DNA of 64,000 bases from contig CAZTFB010000003.1 in NCBI GenBank assembly GCA_964612595.1, positions 32,272-96,271 on the forward strand, in the 5' to 3' direction. Below are positions 26,909-36,726 of this stretch, piece after piece. A model generated the notes under the pieces. The model was not told the DNA's origin. It did not search any database and was given only the letters and a program-made list of their open reading frames with translations. Origin of the DNA: an uncultured Gammaproteobacteria bacterium (GTDB taxonomy: Bacteria > Patescibacteriota > Microgenomatia > UBA1406 > HO2-37-13b). Position numbers and translations under genes: made by a program. The first letter of the stretch is position 1. Each line of letters starts with the position of its first letter.

Positions 26909-29713
26909 TTAGCTCGTTTCTGCGCTTTCTTCTGCAAGTTTCTTTTGAATCTCACTAATTTTTGGGTCTGACTGTGCTGGTTGCTCATCCTTGTTTATTT
27001 CCTCGTCAATCTTCAATTCTTGTTGTAGTGTTTGTTCCTTTGCTGCCTCCGCTTGTTTTGGCATATCAATATCAACAAACTCTTCTTCAGATGTAACTTT
27101 ATTGCGAATTTCTTCTTCTTTCTGTATGTCGCGCTGAACTTGCTTAGCAGCCTCGACTTTGGCTTTGAGATAGACGAGAAGCTCCTCGCCCGATAGATTG
27201 TTAATCATAAATATGGGGAGAATAAACCCTACCTCGTCAAGACCTTGCTCCTGTAGCTTAATGTCTGAAGACATAATCTTGTTCAAAAGATTGCTGATCT
27301 TTATGACATCTTGCTCAACCCATTCGCTTCGCGAGGTAATATTTTCAGTAACTGGAATTTCGCCGTTTTCATACTGCTCAATCCACATCTTTTTAACTTC
27401 CTCATAATCCTCAATCGAAACTTTCTTTGAGGTTGGAATATGCTGCTCAATATGTTTTTCAGGTGCTGTCGCAACTTCGAGTTGGGCTTTTGCAACATTC
27501 TTAACGGTATCTTGTTCGACTTTCTCTTGTTGTGCAACTTCGCTTGTTACCGATTGGTCAGTCTTGACAATCACCGCTGTTTTAGAGATGACAAGCTTCA
27601 CCTGCTCCTCTTTCAATCCGGTTGCTTCTGCTGTTTTTTTGACGAGCTCGACTGTCGGGCCGTCAATCAAGTCAGGTGTACTAATGGTTTGAAGCACCTG
27701 CTGGGTTTTTGCCGGCGTAAGGTGGGTTTCTTGAGAAATGGTCTGCACAAAGCGTTGATTTACCGCAATGTTACTGAAAATTCTGCTGACAATATCACGC
27801 GTCTTTTCTTTTGGAATACTAAATTTAATGGCGATATTTTGGATGACCGGCACCATCTTTGGCATTGACTGTAAAATACGCTGCTTTGCAGCTTGTTGTT
27901 GCGCGACCGACTTTGAGGTAACTGAGGCTAAATTCTTTGCATCTTGATCACCTTTTATCGCACGACTTTGAATTTCGTCGCGCATATTCATTAGCTTCTG
28001 GCGCTCTGTTGGGGTCTCGGCCTTGAAAGGATTCTGTATCTTGTCGAGATTTCTGCGAGCTTCCTGATTCTCTGTTTTGTTTGTTTCGAGGCGCGCAATT
28101 TCTGTTAGATTAGACGCTTTCATATTCATCGATTGGACAATTGTTTCTGTACGCGCCATACGAATATCCTGTACCGTATCAAGATTAACTCTGGCCTTAA
28201 TCTCAACATCCTTAGGCAGCTTTAGTGCTAGGCCAGCAGTACCTGTTGGTCCTGCTACCGGTCCTGGCGTTGGTCCCTGTCCGGGAGGATTGCGCAGCGT
28301 GTCATACATCGATAAAAGAATATTCTTCATCGCGTATATGCCGTCACAACAGTAATCTCTGAATATGCGAAGGAGCCACCACGGCAATATTAGCACAGTC
28401 CATAACATAATCAATGCAATGACATATTCGGCAAATGTGTCGACATAGTTTGAGGTATTCCAGATGCCTAATGTTTGTGCAGGTCCTCCATATAGAATAT
28501 TGATAGAAGTTGGGTATACGGCTTGCGACATCTGATGGGTGCGAGAAAAATCAAAGACATACGGAATATGCGAGGGAGAATTCCAAATTTTTGCAAGCGA
28601 ACCAAGAAATAAGGCAAATAGCGGACCGTAAAAAACCCACTGGAAAAATACTCCGACCCAAATCCAACCAATGTTGCGAATAAACACCCAAGGGGCAAGA
28701 ATCGCTAAAAATGGCGATACAATAAGTAAGAACCAAAGAACGATCTTGCGCAGAATCATCATAATACCCAGGAAATAGTAGGTCATATTGGTAAACTTGA
28801 CCATAAATTTTGAGGTACGAACCATCTCAAAATTTTCTGCGTTCCAGTTTGTACAACCAATAAATTGTCGATACGCCTGCTCGCTCACCTTTGTCACATC
28901 CCCCTTAGTAAAATCGACAAAGAAAATGTTGAAGAGTTCACGGACACCAAGAGTGCGAATGAAGAATTCCATAACAATATCCGAGAGTTTAATAATAAGA
29001 AGAACAATCTGTGCAGAAAAGAGTACAAAAATTATCAATACCGCAAGTCGTATAACAAGAGGAGTGACTTCTATACCTAGATTGAAGTTGTTGCGCTGAC
29101 TTATGATGATGCCTAGGCCCATGATAATGGCGATGATTAAAATAAAGAATAGTGCAACATTTTGGGATAGCTTCCATACCTCGAGAATAGTTGGATGATC
29201 ATCTATTGAAGGTCTTGTAAGAACCCACAGCAAGAATTGACGAGATCGCTCCCCACCTTTGCCTAATGCTGTTATTTCTGGGTCTTCAACCCAAAAATTT
29301 CTGTTTTTATCGGCAAGCCATTCAGAGTAACTTTTTGCACAGCTTGCTGAATATTGTTCAGATTCTTTTTTACAGCGATCTTCAAGGAGTTTTTTCTGAT
29401 CTGCCGGCAAGGCAGGATCAATAATACATGCTGCGGCAAGGTTCGGACAATACGAACCTTGCCGCGCGCTTGAGGGCTTATCTCCCTGTCCGCTCGCACA
29501 TGGTTCTGGTTCAACAAATTGAGAAGGATCTGACAATGGTGTTCCCGGCTGTGGATAGTATTGAGCAGCTACAAAAGGCGCAAAAATAGACAGAAAAACA
29601 CTTGCCATCACAGCAACAACCAATATGATACGCGCCGACTTTTTCATGAATACTTTCATCATAAAGATAAGTCCCGACCTTTTCAAGACCTGGTCTTCTT
29701 GTATAATATCCAT
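26909..29713 (-). CDS. large polytopic membrane protein with Pro-rich linker and long coiled-coil C-terminal region, possibly VirB6/TrbL-like
   Basis: Signal/anchor (MKKSARIILVVAVMASVFLSIFAPFVAA), about 7 TM helices, a PPGQGPTPGPVAGPTG linker, then an about 430-aa K/E/Q-rich tail. The true start is probably an internal Met near 29650, because the listed start abuts the divergent spoU ATG with zero spacing. Confidence 0.5.
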   Translation of the reverse strand: MDIIQEDQVLKRSGLIFMMKVFMKKSARIILVVAVMASVFLSIFAPFVAAQYYPQPGTPLSDPSQFVEPEPCASGQGDKPSSARQGSYCPNLAAACIIDPALPADQKKLLEDRCKKESEQYSASCAKSYSEWLADKNRNFWVEDPEITALGKGGERSRQFLLWVLTRPSIDDHPTILEVWKLSQNVALFFILIIAIIMGLGIIISQRNNFNLGIEVTPLVIRLAVLIIFVLFSAQIVLLIIKLSDIVMEFFIRTLGVRELFNIFFVDFTKGDVTKVSEQAYRQFIGCTNWNAENFEMVRTSKFMVKFTNMTYYFLGIMMILRKIVLWFLLIVSPFLAILAPWVFIRNIGWIWVGVFFQWVFYGPLFALFLGSLAKIWNSPSHIPYVFDFSRTHQMSQAVYPTSINILYGGPAQTLGIWNTSNYVDTFAEYVIALIMLWTVLILPWWLLRIFRDYCCDGIYAMKNILLSMYDTLRNPPGQGPTPGPVAGPTGTAGLALKLPKDVEIKARVNLDTVQDIRMARTETIVQSMNMKASNLTEIARLETNKTENQEARRNLDKIQNPFKAETPTERQKLMNMRDEIQSRAIKGDQDAKNLASVTSKSVAQQQAAKQRILQSMPKMVPVIQNIAIKFSIPKEKTRDIVSRIFSNIAVNQRFVQTISQETHLTPAKTQQVLQTISTPDLIDGPTVELVKKTAEATGLKEEQVKLVISKTAVIVKTDQSVTSEVAQQEKVEQDTVKNVAKAQLEVATAPEKHIEQHIPTSKKVSIEDYEEVKKMWIEQYENGEIPVTENITSRSEWVEQDVIKISNLLNKIMSSDIKLQEQGLDEVGFILPIFMINNLSGEELLVYLKAKVEAAKQVQRDIQKEEEIRNKVTSEEEFVDIDMPKQAEAAKEQTLQQELKIDEEINKDEQPAQSDPKISEIQKKLAEESAETS

Positions 29714-30265
29714 ATGAAAAAGCTTGATGCGAAAGCTCTTCGTGGCCTAGATGAAAACGAAGACACACCCGAAATCCAGCGCTATCCCATTTTTTTTATT
29801 CTTGACAATATTTATGACACATATAATATAGGTGGACTTTTTCGCCTCGCTGATGGTCTCGCCATCGAAAAATTATATATATGTGGCGAATCAGAAACGC
29901 CTCCAAATCACCGCATAAAAAAGGCCTCGATTGGTACCTATAAAATTGTTCCTTGGGAATATTGCAAAACATCGACCGAAGCTATAAACGCACTTCGCAA
30001 AACACATCCAGACATTCATATCGCTGCTATTGAACAAGACCCCCGCTCAGTTCCCTATCACACACGAACATATACGGCACCGTTAGCTCTTATACTGGGT
30101 AACGAAACGACAGGCGTCTCTCCTGAAGTGCTTGATCAATGTGACAGTATTCTAGAAATCCCTATGTTTGGTATTAATATTTCATTAAATGTCATCGTCT
30201 CTGCTGCAATTGTCAGTTATCATGCGTATAACCAACTTGACATTCTGTCTACACAACAAGTATAA
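29714..30265 (+). CDS. SpoU/TrmH-family RNA 2'-O-methyltransferase
   Basis: SPOUT motifs (YNIGGLFRLADG; LILGNETTGVS; EIPMFGINISLNV). ATG at 29714 chosen instead of the overlapping upstream extension. Confidence 0.8.
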   Translation: MKKLDAKALRGLDENEDTPEIQRYPIFFILDNIYDTYNIGGLFRLADGLAIEKLYICGESETPPNHRIKKASIGTYKIVPWEYCKTSTEAINALRKTHPDIHIAAIEQDPRSVPYHTRTYTAPLALILGNETTGVSPEVLDQCDSILEIPMFGINISLNVIVSAAIVSYHAYNQLDILSTQQV

Positions 30266-30272
30266 ACATATA

Positions 30273-32765
30273 ATGGATACGCTTCCCGATCGATTGCGCG
30301 CACTAACAGAAAAGAAATACTTTGCAATTCTCGCTGTTGTGTTTTTTGCGTTCATAACAGCTATAGTTTTTGCCTTTCTTGCACAACAACCAACCGTTCA
30401 GAATGTAGATCAACTTCGTACCGATATACGACAAGGTGTGTCTTCTGATACATACAGCGGCAGTGATCGAACTGGAGGTAGGAATGGAGGTTTGACCGAT
30501 ACGACTGACGAACAACCTTCGCTCATCGAGCGCGTTGTATCGAGAATTACAGGAAGAAATACACAAACTACACAACGAAACAGCCAAAACAGTCCATCGA
30601 CAACCGATCCTGCCCAAGGCGGAACTCGCCCCGGTCAAAATATCTCAAGTGGTTCTGTCATACCTCCTGAAAATCAAGAGGAAACGCGTAAAAAAATTGA
30701 TGAAGTTGTTATGCCGCTACCAAAAGTGGTGGTTAAAGATTATGTGCTTCAAACCGAACTACCAAGCCCACCGCAAACAGCTAAAATATATAAGCTAAAA
30801 ACAAGCTATACAGATGCAGACATAGAAAAAATGGCTGCTACATTCGGGATGACATCACTAAAGAGCAATGACGTTGTGATTGAAAAAAATAATAGTGGTC
30901 TTACCCAGATATTTGACTTAAAAAACAATATCTATTTAGCGATCAACAATAGAAATGGTAGAATTTTGTTCTCTGCTCAAAATGGTATTCCAGCAGTTTC
31001 CCAAGGAGATCCCAAACAGAACGCGCTCGCGCTCGCGCGCTCGCTCGGCTTTTCACAAGCTTGTCTTAAAGCCACATCATCGTATACCAAACAATCAGAA
31101 CCTCACACAATTTTCGTCGATATCCATTGTGACTGGGAATCAGCTGGAGCTCCAATTGTAAATTACTTTGGCATTTTGAACTTACCACTAAATGAAGCAT
31201 TAAAGGATGTCTCACTTGGTGAACTCCCTTTAACATCTAGTGCTAATTCCGATGGTATAAAAGACGATAATACGGGAGAATTTTCTTCCCGACCAAACGA
31301 TTTTAATACCATTACGCTTCAACAAGACACGCTGACCGGCAACATAATGGGATTCAGTTCGAATATTATGCCTGTTGCCGCTGAAATTGAAGTAAGTGCA
31401 GATAGTATAATCCCCCCTTCCGATGGTTTTGAAAAGTTAAGAAATAATGAGAAACAGTTTGCATTCGCCGGCCCCCAAGGTGCAGGTGCTACAGATCTAC
31501 GTAACGTTTACATAAACAATACTGCCCAGGCAGAAAGCGTACAGCTCACTGACTTTGTACTTGCCTATCCTGTTGTGCCAGGCATAAAGCAAGAATATAT
31601 GTGTCCAGAATGGGTAACTCGCTCACAAGGACGACTCGAGAGCGGTTATGATGGGACATTTGTTGAGTCAGCGCGAGCTATTAATGATAGTCGCTGCTCA
31701 CGTTCCGCTGTACTCGGTACGAGCATAGCGCAAGCTGTCCTTCCAAACCCTATTCCGACAGTGATTGATCCTCTGTCGAGAGGCTCAACACTTCAATATA
31801 AAAACATCATCGTTCAGGGTGATCCGGTTACAGAATCATCATGTCCACCAAAGGCCTCCTTCACAAACGCCATGCAAATTTCAGAAGGTGTGTACCTATT
31901 GTGGATTGATCGCAATGAACGTGGACCAGGTATAAAAAGGTTAGGAATTGGTGGAACAGTTAAAGGTCCCATCACCCCACGCGAATGGTGGATAGGAACA
32001 ACAAGTGAACAACAAGTTGCTGGAGTACTAGGTACTGGAGAAAAAATTTCACCTGATAAAGTATCCTCTTATATGCGTTTTAGAGCTACCAGAGGAGTTA
32101 AAAGCACTATTGGAGATAGATCCGACAACCCTATATCGTCAGTACAAGGAACAATCGTCGCATGCAAATATCTTACAACTGGCTCACCGTCACTCTATAT
32201 TTATAGTTCGACGCAAAAAAGAGTGCACATTACACTTAATCCTGTTGGAGGTATCGTTTTTTCTCAACCAGCCCTCACAACATCGAACGGATGGAGTATT
32301 ACTACCCTCTTAGATGGCACTCTCGATTTTGGCAGCAACACAACAAACAATCGCGCCTATTATGAGTATGATAAGAAAGCATTGAGTGAAGCGCTTTCAA
32401 AGTTCAAATACGTTGAAACTGGTTATGTGGTCAAAAAAGATGAACTAATAGAGCTCTTTGAGAAGCACATTGCATCTGCAATACAGCTCAACGATGCGCA
32501 AACATATGATCTCGTTGGTGAGGTTAAGCGTGAGCTAAACTTAATTACTTCTCCCTATGCAAAAGTCGTCCTTTTGCCGCAAGCAGTGCTCGACGACGTG
32601 CTTCCTGTCGACATCACACCAACTCCTCTCAGTTTTAAAAGATACTTTTTCATCATAAGTGAGGCACATGCAAAAACCACACTTCAAAATCCATCGCTAT
32701 CGCCTATCACCAAAAACGAATTCTATGCTATCGAAACCGGTACCTTCTTTCATATAACCAAGTAA
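30273..32765 (+). CDS. large N-terminally anchored extracellular protein (~830 aa), unknown function
   Basis: TM helix (KKYFAILAVVFFAFITAIVFAFLAQQ), a Ser/Thr/Gln-rich low-complexity linker, and a long beta-rich ectodomain. Confidence 0.5.
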   Translation: MDTLPDRLRALTEKKYFAILAVVFFAFITAIVFAFLAQQPTVQNVDQLRTDIRQGVSSDTYSGSDRTGGRNGGLTDTTDEQPSLIERVVSRITGRNTQTTQRNSQNSPSTTDPAQGGTRPGQNISSGSVIPPENQEETRKKIDEVVMPLPKVVVKDYVLQTELPSPPQTAKIYKLKTSYTDADIEKMAATFGMTSLKSNDVVIEKNNSGLTQIFDLKNNIYLAINNRNGRILFSAQNGIPAVSQGDPKQNALALARSLGFSQACLKATSSYTKQSEPHTIFVDIHCDWESAGAPIVNYFGILNLPLNEALKDVSLGELPLTSSANSDGIKDDNTGEFSSRPNDFNTITLQQDTLTGNIMGFSSNIMPVAAEIEVSADSIIPPSDGFEKLRNNEKQFAFAGPQGAGATDLRNVYINNTAQAESVQLTDFVLAYPVVPGIKQEYMCPEWVTRSQGRLESGYDGTFVESARAINDSRCSRSAVLGTSIAQAVLPNPIPTVIDPLSRGSTLQYKNIIVQGDPVTESSCPPKASFTNAMQISEGVYLLWIDRNERGPGIKRLGIGGTVKGPITPREWWIGTTSEQQVAGVLGTGEKISPDKVSSYMRFRATRGVKSTIGDRSDNPISSVQGTIVACKYLTTGSPSLYIYSSTQKRVHITLNPVGGIVFSQPALTTSNGWSITTLLDGTLDFGSNTTNNRAYYEYDKKALSEALSKFKYVETGYVVKKDELIELFEKHIASAIQLNDAQTYDLVGEVKRELNLITSPYAKVVLLPQAVLDDVLPVDITPTPLSFKRYFFIISEAHAKTTLQNPSLSPITKNEFYAIETGTFFHITK

Positions 32766-32808
32766 TTACTTCTTGACTTTTTTTTACACAATTATTAGTG
32801 TTAATGAT

Positions 32809-34683
32809 ATGCAGGTGTCAAAAAAAGCATTTCGTTTTTTGTTTTCTTTAAGTTTAGTTGGATTTGCTACAAGTCTTCTTTTTAGCTCATCTGCTCACGC
32901 ACAAGGAACTCGTGTTGAATCTCCTGCATGTGAAAATACAATCTGGGTTTGCCCAAGCGTTACTGATTTGGGGCCAAACAATCATGGCATACACACCTTG
33001 AAGCTCAATGCAACTGGCCTCCCCACAACTGATCCACAAAATGGTGCACCAATACAATGGTATACCGTATGTGGTTACGATGATCCGACCAGAGGACAAC
33101 TTTTTTCATCTAACGATAAAGAAACAGACCGACAGCTGTGTTTAGGCGAAGATACTCTTGACTATATGTCGCGCCCTGTTCCATTTTCAGGTGGTCAGTT
33201 AAGCAACTGGTCTATGCAAATGCTCAATGGCTCAACATCGCCAACCACCACATCAAATGGCAATCTTGAGGTGTATGTACGACCGAGATCAGTCAATGTC
33301 CAAAATCATACGTGTTTCTTTGTTGCTAAAACTACGCCATCTGTTGTTGGAAGAGATGAGACAAACGTCGCAGCAGGATCGAAAGATACAGACAGCCTAA
33401 CTTACGCTACTTTTCGTACACAAGGCGAACCTGCAGCATGTCTTTCAGTCCGCGCCGACCCCTTTGGGCGCATTTTTAATGATGCTTTAAAGCCCGTTCC
33501 TGGAGCAGTGGTTAACATTTACGACTTCAACAGCAAGGCGCTCATAAAGATGCCTGGCGTACCAAACCCGGTCGTCACACGCGAAGATGGCATGTTTAAC
33601 TTCAATATCGAGCCGGGTACAAGCTATCTCACCGCAAATCTCACCAATACAGAAGTTACAAAGGTACATCCAAACGCAGTACTTGCCTACAGCAATATAT
33701 ATAAGTATGGCGATCCAATAGTAGAAACACTCAACAATCCGGAACAGCGTGATATTCCTGTTCAAGGAGGACTTCAGCCCGTTCTTAAAGTAATGGGATT
33801 CAGCCATCTCCAACTTGGAGAACAAACACGCATCGAAGGTCGCGCCTCATGGCCTCTTACACAAGTCAATGTCATGCAAGGCACTGTTTCCATCGCACAG
33901 CAGAACGCCGATAAGTTTGGTGGCTTTAGCTTCTTTATAGACAACGGTTCTATCGACCCATCTCAACAACTTAGACTCGTACTTACCGAGGTCGACATGA
34001 CTCAAGGCACGCCAGTCATACCTACAAATCCAAGAACTATTGAGCGAATTTTTGATCCAATCGCCCGTTATCTCGAAGGATACGCCTACGATAAAGCAGG
34101 AAGACTTATGCCTTTTGCTACTGTCCGCATTGTGCTCGACAACACTGACGTCGTCTACTATGAAACAAAAGCAGACGATAAAGCTTTTTATTCTATAAGT
34201 CCAAAATTCCTCCCTATTCTTCCCTACCATCTCGAGTATAGTCCAGCAAATGTTGTACCGGAGCCAGCCAACACAATTAAAGTAACTCTGCCTGAGTTTG
34301 TAAAGAGAAACAAAGAGTATCATGATACAAACCTCATAAGTCCAATGAAAGGTACAAAAAATGGTGTCCAAGTTGATCCTGGAGCATATGTAAAGAACAA
34401 GATGCAGGCTAAAAATGGCCAGGATAACACTACGGGAAATGAGCGCATGCGAGGAGGAAATAATGACCCATACAATAAAATGGGAAATAAAGGTGGCTCA
34501 CCACTTGAAAACCTTGCGCTTGCAACAGGCCAGTCCACAACGACACTTCTTGTAGTTCTCATTGTGCTCTTTATCGCAGTCGCTGTTACCCTTGTTCTCT
34601 ATGTGCGCAATCAGCGCACTAGTCTTATGTCATCAAAAAAATCTCGTGAATACGATGACGAAGAACCCGAAGAAATGGTATAA
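32809..34683 (+). CDS. secreted protein with C-terminal TM anchor, unknown function
   Basis: Signal peptide (MQVSKKAFRFLFSLSLVGFATSLLFSSSAHAQG). C-terminal helix (TTTLLVVLIVLFIAVAVTLVLYV) plus a short acidic cytoplasmic tail. Possible CarbopepD-regulatory-like beta-sandwich segment. Confidence 0.5.
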   Translation: MQVSKKAFRFLFSLSLVGFATSLLFSSSAHAQGTRVESPACENTIWVCPSVTDLGPNNHGIHTLKLNATGLPTTDPQNGAPIQWYTVCGYDDPTRGQLFSSNDKETDRQLCLGEDTLDYMSRPVPFSGGQLSNWSMQMLNGSTSPTTTSNGNLEVYVRPRSVNVQNHTCFFVAKTTPSVVGRDETNVAAGSKDTDSLTYATFRTQGEPAACLSVRADPFGRIFNDALKPVPGAVVNIYDFNSKALIKMPGVPNPVVTREDGMFNFNIEPGTSYLTANLTNTEVTKVHPNAVLAYSNIYKYGDPIVETLNNPEQRDIPVQGGLQPVLKVMGFSHLQLGEQTRIEGRASWPLTQVNVMQGTVSIAQQNADKFGGFSFFIDNGSIDPSQQLRLVLTEVDMTQGTPVIPTNPRTIERIFDPIARYLEGYAYDKAGRLMPFATVRIVLDNTDVVYYETKADDKAFYSISPKFLPILPYHLEYSPANVVPEPANTIKVTLPEFVKRNKEYHDTNLISPMKGTKNGVQVDPGAYVKNKMQAKNGQDNTTGNERMRGGNNDPYNKMGNKGGSPLENLALATGQSTTTLLVVLIVLFIAVAVTLVLYVRNQRTSLMSSKKSREYDDEEPEEMV

Positions 34684-34690
34684 CATTTCT

Positions 34691-35425
34691 ATGCGCATCA
34701 ATATACGTACTCTACTGCTACCTTTAATCTTCTCTGCGCTCATATTATGTGCGACTTCCAATACTTATGCACAAGAGAAAACATACGACCTAAACAAAGT
34801 ACGTATGAAAATCTTTCATCTTTTGAACTTTTCACCTGCCGATAACACATTAGTTCCGCATCCTGGTTCAGGCACAAAAACAACCCCTACCCCTACACCG
34901 ACCTCTCCAGGTGGAGGTGGCTCGGCAAGCTATACACGTATATATATTGCCGAGCCGAGCGGAGATAATGTGGTAGGTGGTGGCAGTTTTAACCCAAGTA
35001 CGAACATATATCGTCTCGTAATAAACAAAACTGTACCTTTAAAGTCTAAGACTGCCACGAACAAATATGTGTTATGGCTTACTAAAACCACCGTCACCCC
35101 TCAGCTTAATGAATTCGTAGCTTCCTTTGAGGCAAGTTCATTGCCGTCAATCGATAAGCCATATACAAAAAATCTCTCAGATTACAATGAGCTGATAGTA
35201 ACCGAAGAAAGCTCAGCCTCTCCTGTAACACCAAATCTTGGCGCCATAATTATTAGAGGCATTCTCCAAGCTCCCGCAGCTGCAACACCAACACCTCCAC
35301 CACCCACTCCTACGGCCATTGTGCCTGCGACGCCAACACCTTCTGGTAGCGGGCAAAGTGGTGAAGATGTGGGTGGACTCTTCGGGAGTATAGAAAATAT
35401 CTTTCGCGGATTATTCGGGTTATAA
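34691..35425 (+). CDS. secreted Thr/Pro-rich protein
   Basis: Signal peptide (MRINIRTLLLPLIFSALILCATSNTYAQE). TPTPTPT and PTPPPPTPT linkers. Stop is 12 nt before tRNA-Thr. Confidence 0.45.
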   Translation: MRINIRTLLLPLIFSALILCATSNTYAQEKTYDLNKVRMKIFHLLNFSPADNTLVPHPGSGTKTTPTPTPTSPGGGGSASYTRIYIAEPSGDNVVGGGSFNPSTNIYRLVINKTVPLKSKTATNKYVLWLTKTTVTPQLNEFVASFEASSLPSIDKPYTKNLSDYNELIVTEESSASPVTPNLGAIIIRGILQAPAAATPTPPPPTPTAIVPATPTPSGSGQSGEDVGGLFGSIENIFRGLFGL

Positions 35426-35437
35426 ACAGATAGTGTG

Positions 35438-35509
35438 AGCCGATGATGGGAATCGAACCCATGACCCCCTTCTTACCAAGAAGATGCTCTACCACTGAGC
35501 CACATCGGC
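35438..35509 (-). tRNA. tRNA-Thr (anticodon GGU)
   Basis: Reverse complement folds as GCCGATG acceptor, D-arm GCTCAGTGGTAGAGC, anticodon stem TCTTC/GAAGG with loop TTGGTAA, and T-arm GGGTTCGATTCCC. Confidence 0.8.
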
Positions 35510-35570
35510 ATGTTAGCTACATCTGCAATTATACACAACCCAGTTCACATTAGGGGTATAATTACAACAT

Positions 35571-36023
35571 ATGGTGTTAAAGCGCATCTTCCCTACCAAA
35601 GACAAAGAAGAAGAACGTCATAAGCAGGCAGTAGCTAAAATGATCTTTCTTACCATCGTTGGTCTGAGCATTTTGGCGGCATACATTCTTGTCGATACTA
35701 ATAAAAATACCCCAGAAGCCCAACCGCCTAAGACACTTGGCGAAGAAACTGTTGCCCGTGCAGAAGAGCAAGACAAAGCCCTTGCAAAGAACATATCCGA
35801 AGGCGTCGATACAGTAAAAGATACTGCAGAATTTCTTCAATTGGAAATAGAATCAACAACTCAAAATGCCGTTCAGGAGGGAAAAAAGCAAGTAGAAAAC
35901 GCTGCTAATGAGCTGCTCTACAGCAAAGCGTTAAAACCAATCGTAGACAAAATCGAAGACCTCCCACCCGCCCAACAGGAACAACTTCGTAGACAGATAT
36001 GTCCTATAGTTGACACCGAGTGA
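35571..36023 (+). CDS. small membrane-anchored protein (150 aa)
   Basis: One TM helix (MIFLTIVGLSILAAYILV), then a charged coiled-coil-like region. Confidence 0.4.
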   Translation: MVLKRIFPTKDKEEERHKQAVAKMIFLTIVGLSILAAYILVDTNKNTPEAQPPKTLGEETVARAEEQDKALAKNISEGVDTVKDTAEFLQLEIESTTQNAVQEGKKQVENAANELLYSKALKPIVDKIEDLPPAQQEQLRRQICPIVDTE

Positions 36024-36038
36024 AACTTATAGTATAAT
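36010..36038 (+). promoter_or_regulatory. consensus sigma70-like promoter TTGACA-17-TATAAT
   Basis: TTGACA at 36010-36015, a 17-nt spacer, and TATAAT at 36033-36038. Lies 11 nt upstream of the ATG at 36049. Confidence 0.4.
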
Positions 36039-36048
36039 ACCCCTTCAT

Positions 36049-36702
36049 ATGAAAAACCTTGGTATTCTTGGACTAACAGTAATGATATTTCTTATCGCCG
36101 CAGGTCAGGCCCATGCTGGTCAATATGGCCCATACGATGGTAAGAAACCCTCACTTGCAATTACTGTAGATAAAAAAGTCGGTCTTCCTCAAAACACTAC
36201 TAAAGGTGGGCAAACTGAATATGCCTACGTAGACAATCTCACAAGTGCAGATCGTCGCTTTGTGCCCCAGGAACATGTATTTTTTCAGATCAAAGTAAAA
36301 AATACCTCAAAAGTTCACTTAGATAATGTCGTGCTTCGTGATTATGCTCCCGCTTATGTTGAGTTGTTTGAAAATCCTGGAAGTTTCGACGGAAAAGACA
36401 CGGTCTTACACGTTGGCACACTCCAACCAGGTGAAGAAAAAGAATATATATTTAAGGGTCGTATTGTTGCCTACAATCAGCTTCCTGCTGACAAAGGTGT
36501 CGTATGTACAACTAACAAAGTTCGCGCATCAAATGATAAAGTTGCTGATGAAGATACGGCTCAGTTTTGTATTGAAAAAACCGTTACTAGCGTAAATCCA
36601 CCTACAGATATTCCAAAAACTGGTCCAGAACATGGTATTCTCATCATGGTTTCTGCACTTGGTTCAGCCATCACAGGCCTAAAGCTTCGTCGATCTCGCT
36701 AA
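36049..36702 (+). CDS. cell-surface protein with DUF11-like repeat domain and sortase-type C-terminal sorting signal (IPKTG)
   Basis: Signal peptide. IPKTG followed by a hydrophobic helix and a KLRRSR tail, the LPXTG-class architecture. Confidence 0.55.
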   Translation: MKNLGILGLTVMIFLIAAGQAHAGQYGPYDGKKPSLAITVDKKVGLPQNTTKGGQTEYAYVDNLTSADRRFVPQEHVFFQIKVKNTSKVHLDNVVLRDYAPAYVELFENPGSFDGKDTVLHVGTLQPGEEKEYIFKGRIVAYNQLPADKGVVCTTNKVRASNDKVADEDTAQFCIEKTVTSVNPPTDIPKTGPEHGILIMVSALGSAITGLKLRRSR

Positions 36703-36726
36703 AGAAAAACTGTATACTAAGTTCAT

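Noticed and set aside
29561-30272. Upstream in-frame extensions of spoU (from 29561) and of the 858-aa surface protein (from 30189) given in the ORF track
   Set aside because: The extensions overlap neighbouring genes and lack functional sequence. Downstream ATGs (29714, 30273) give canonical N-termini.
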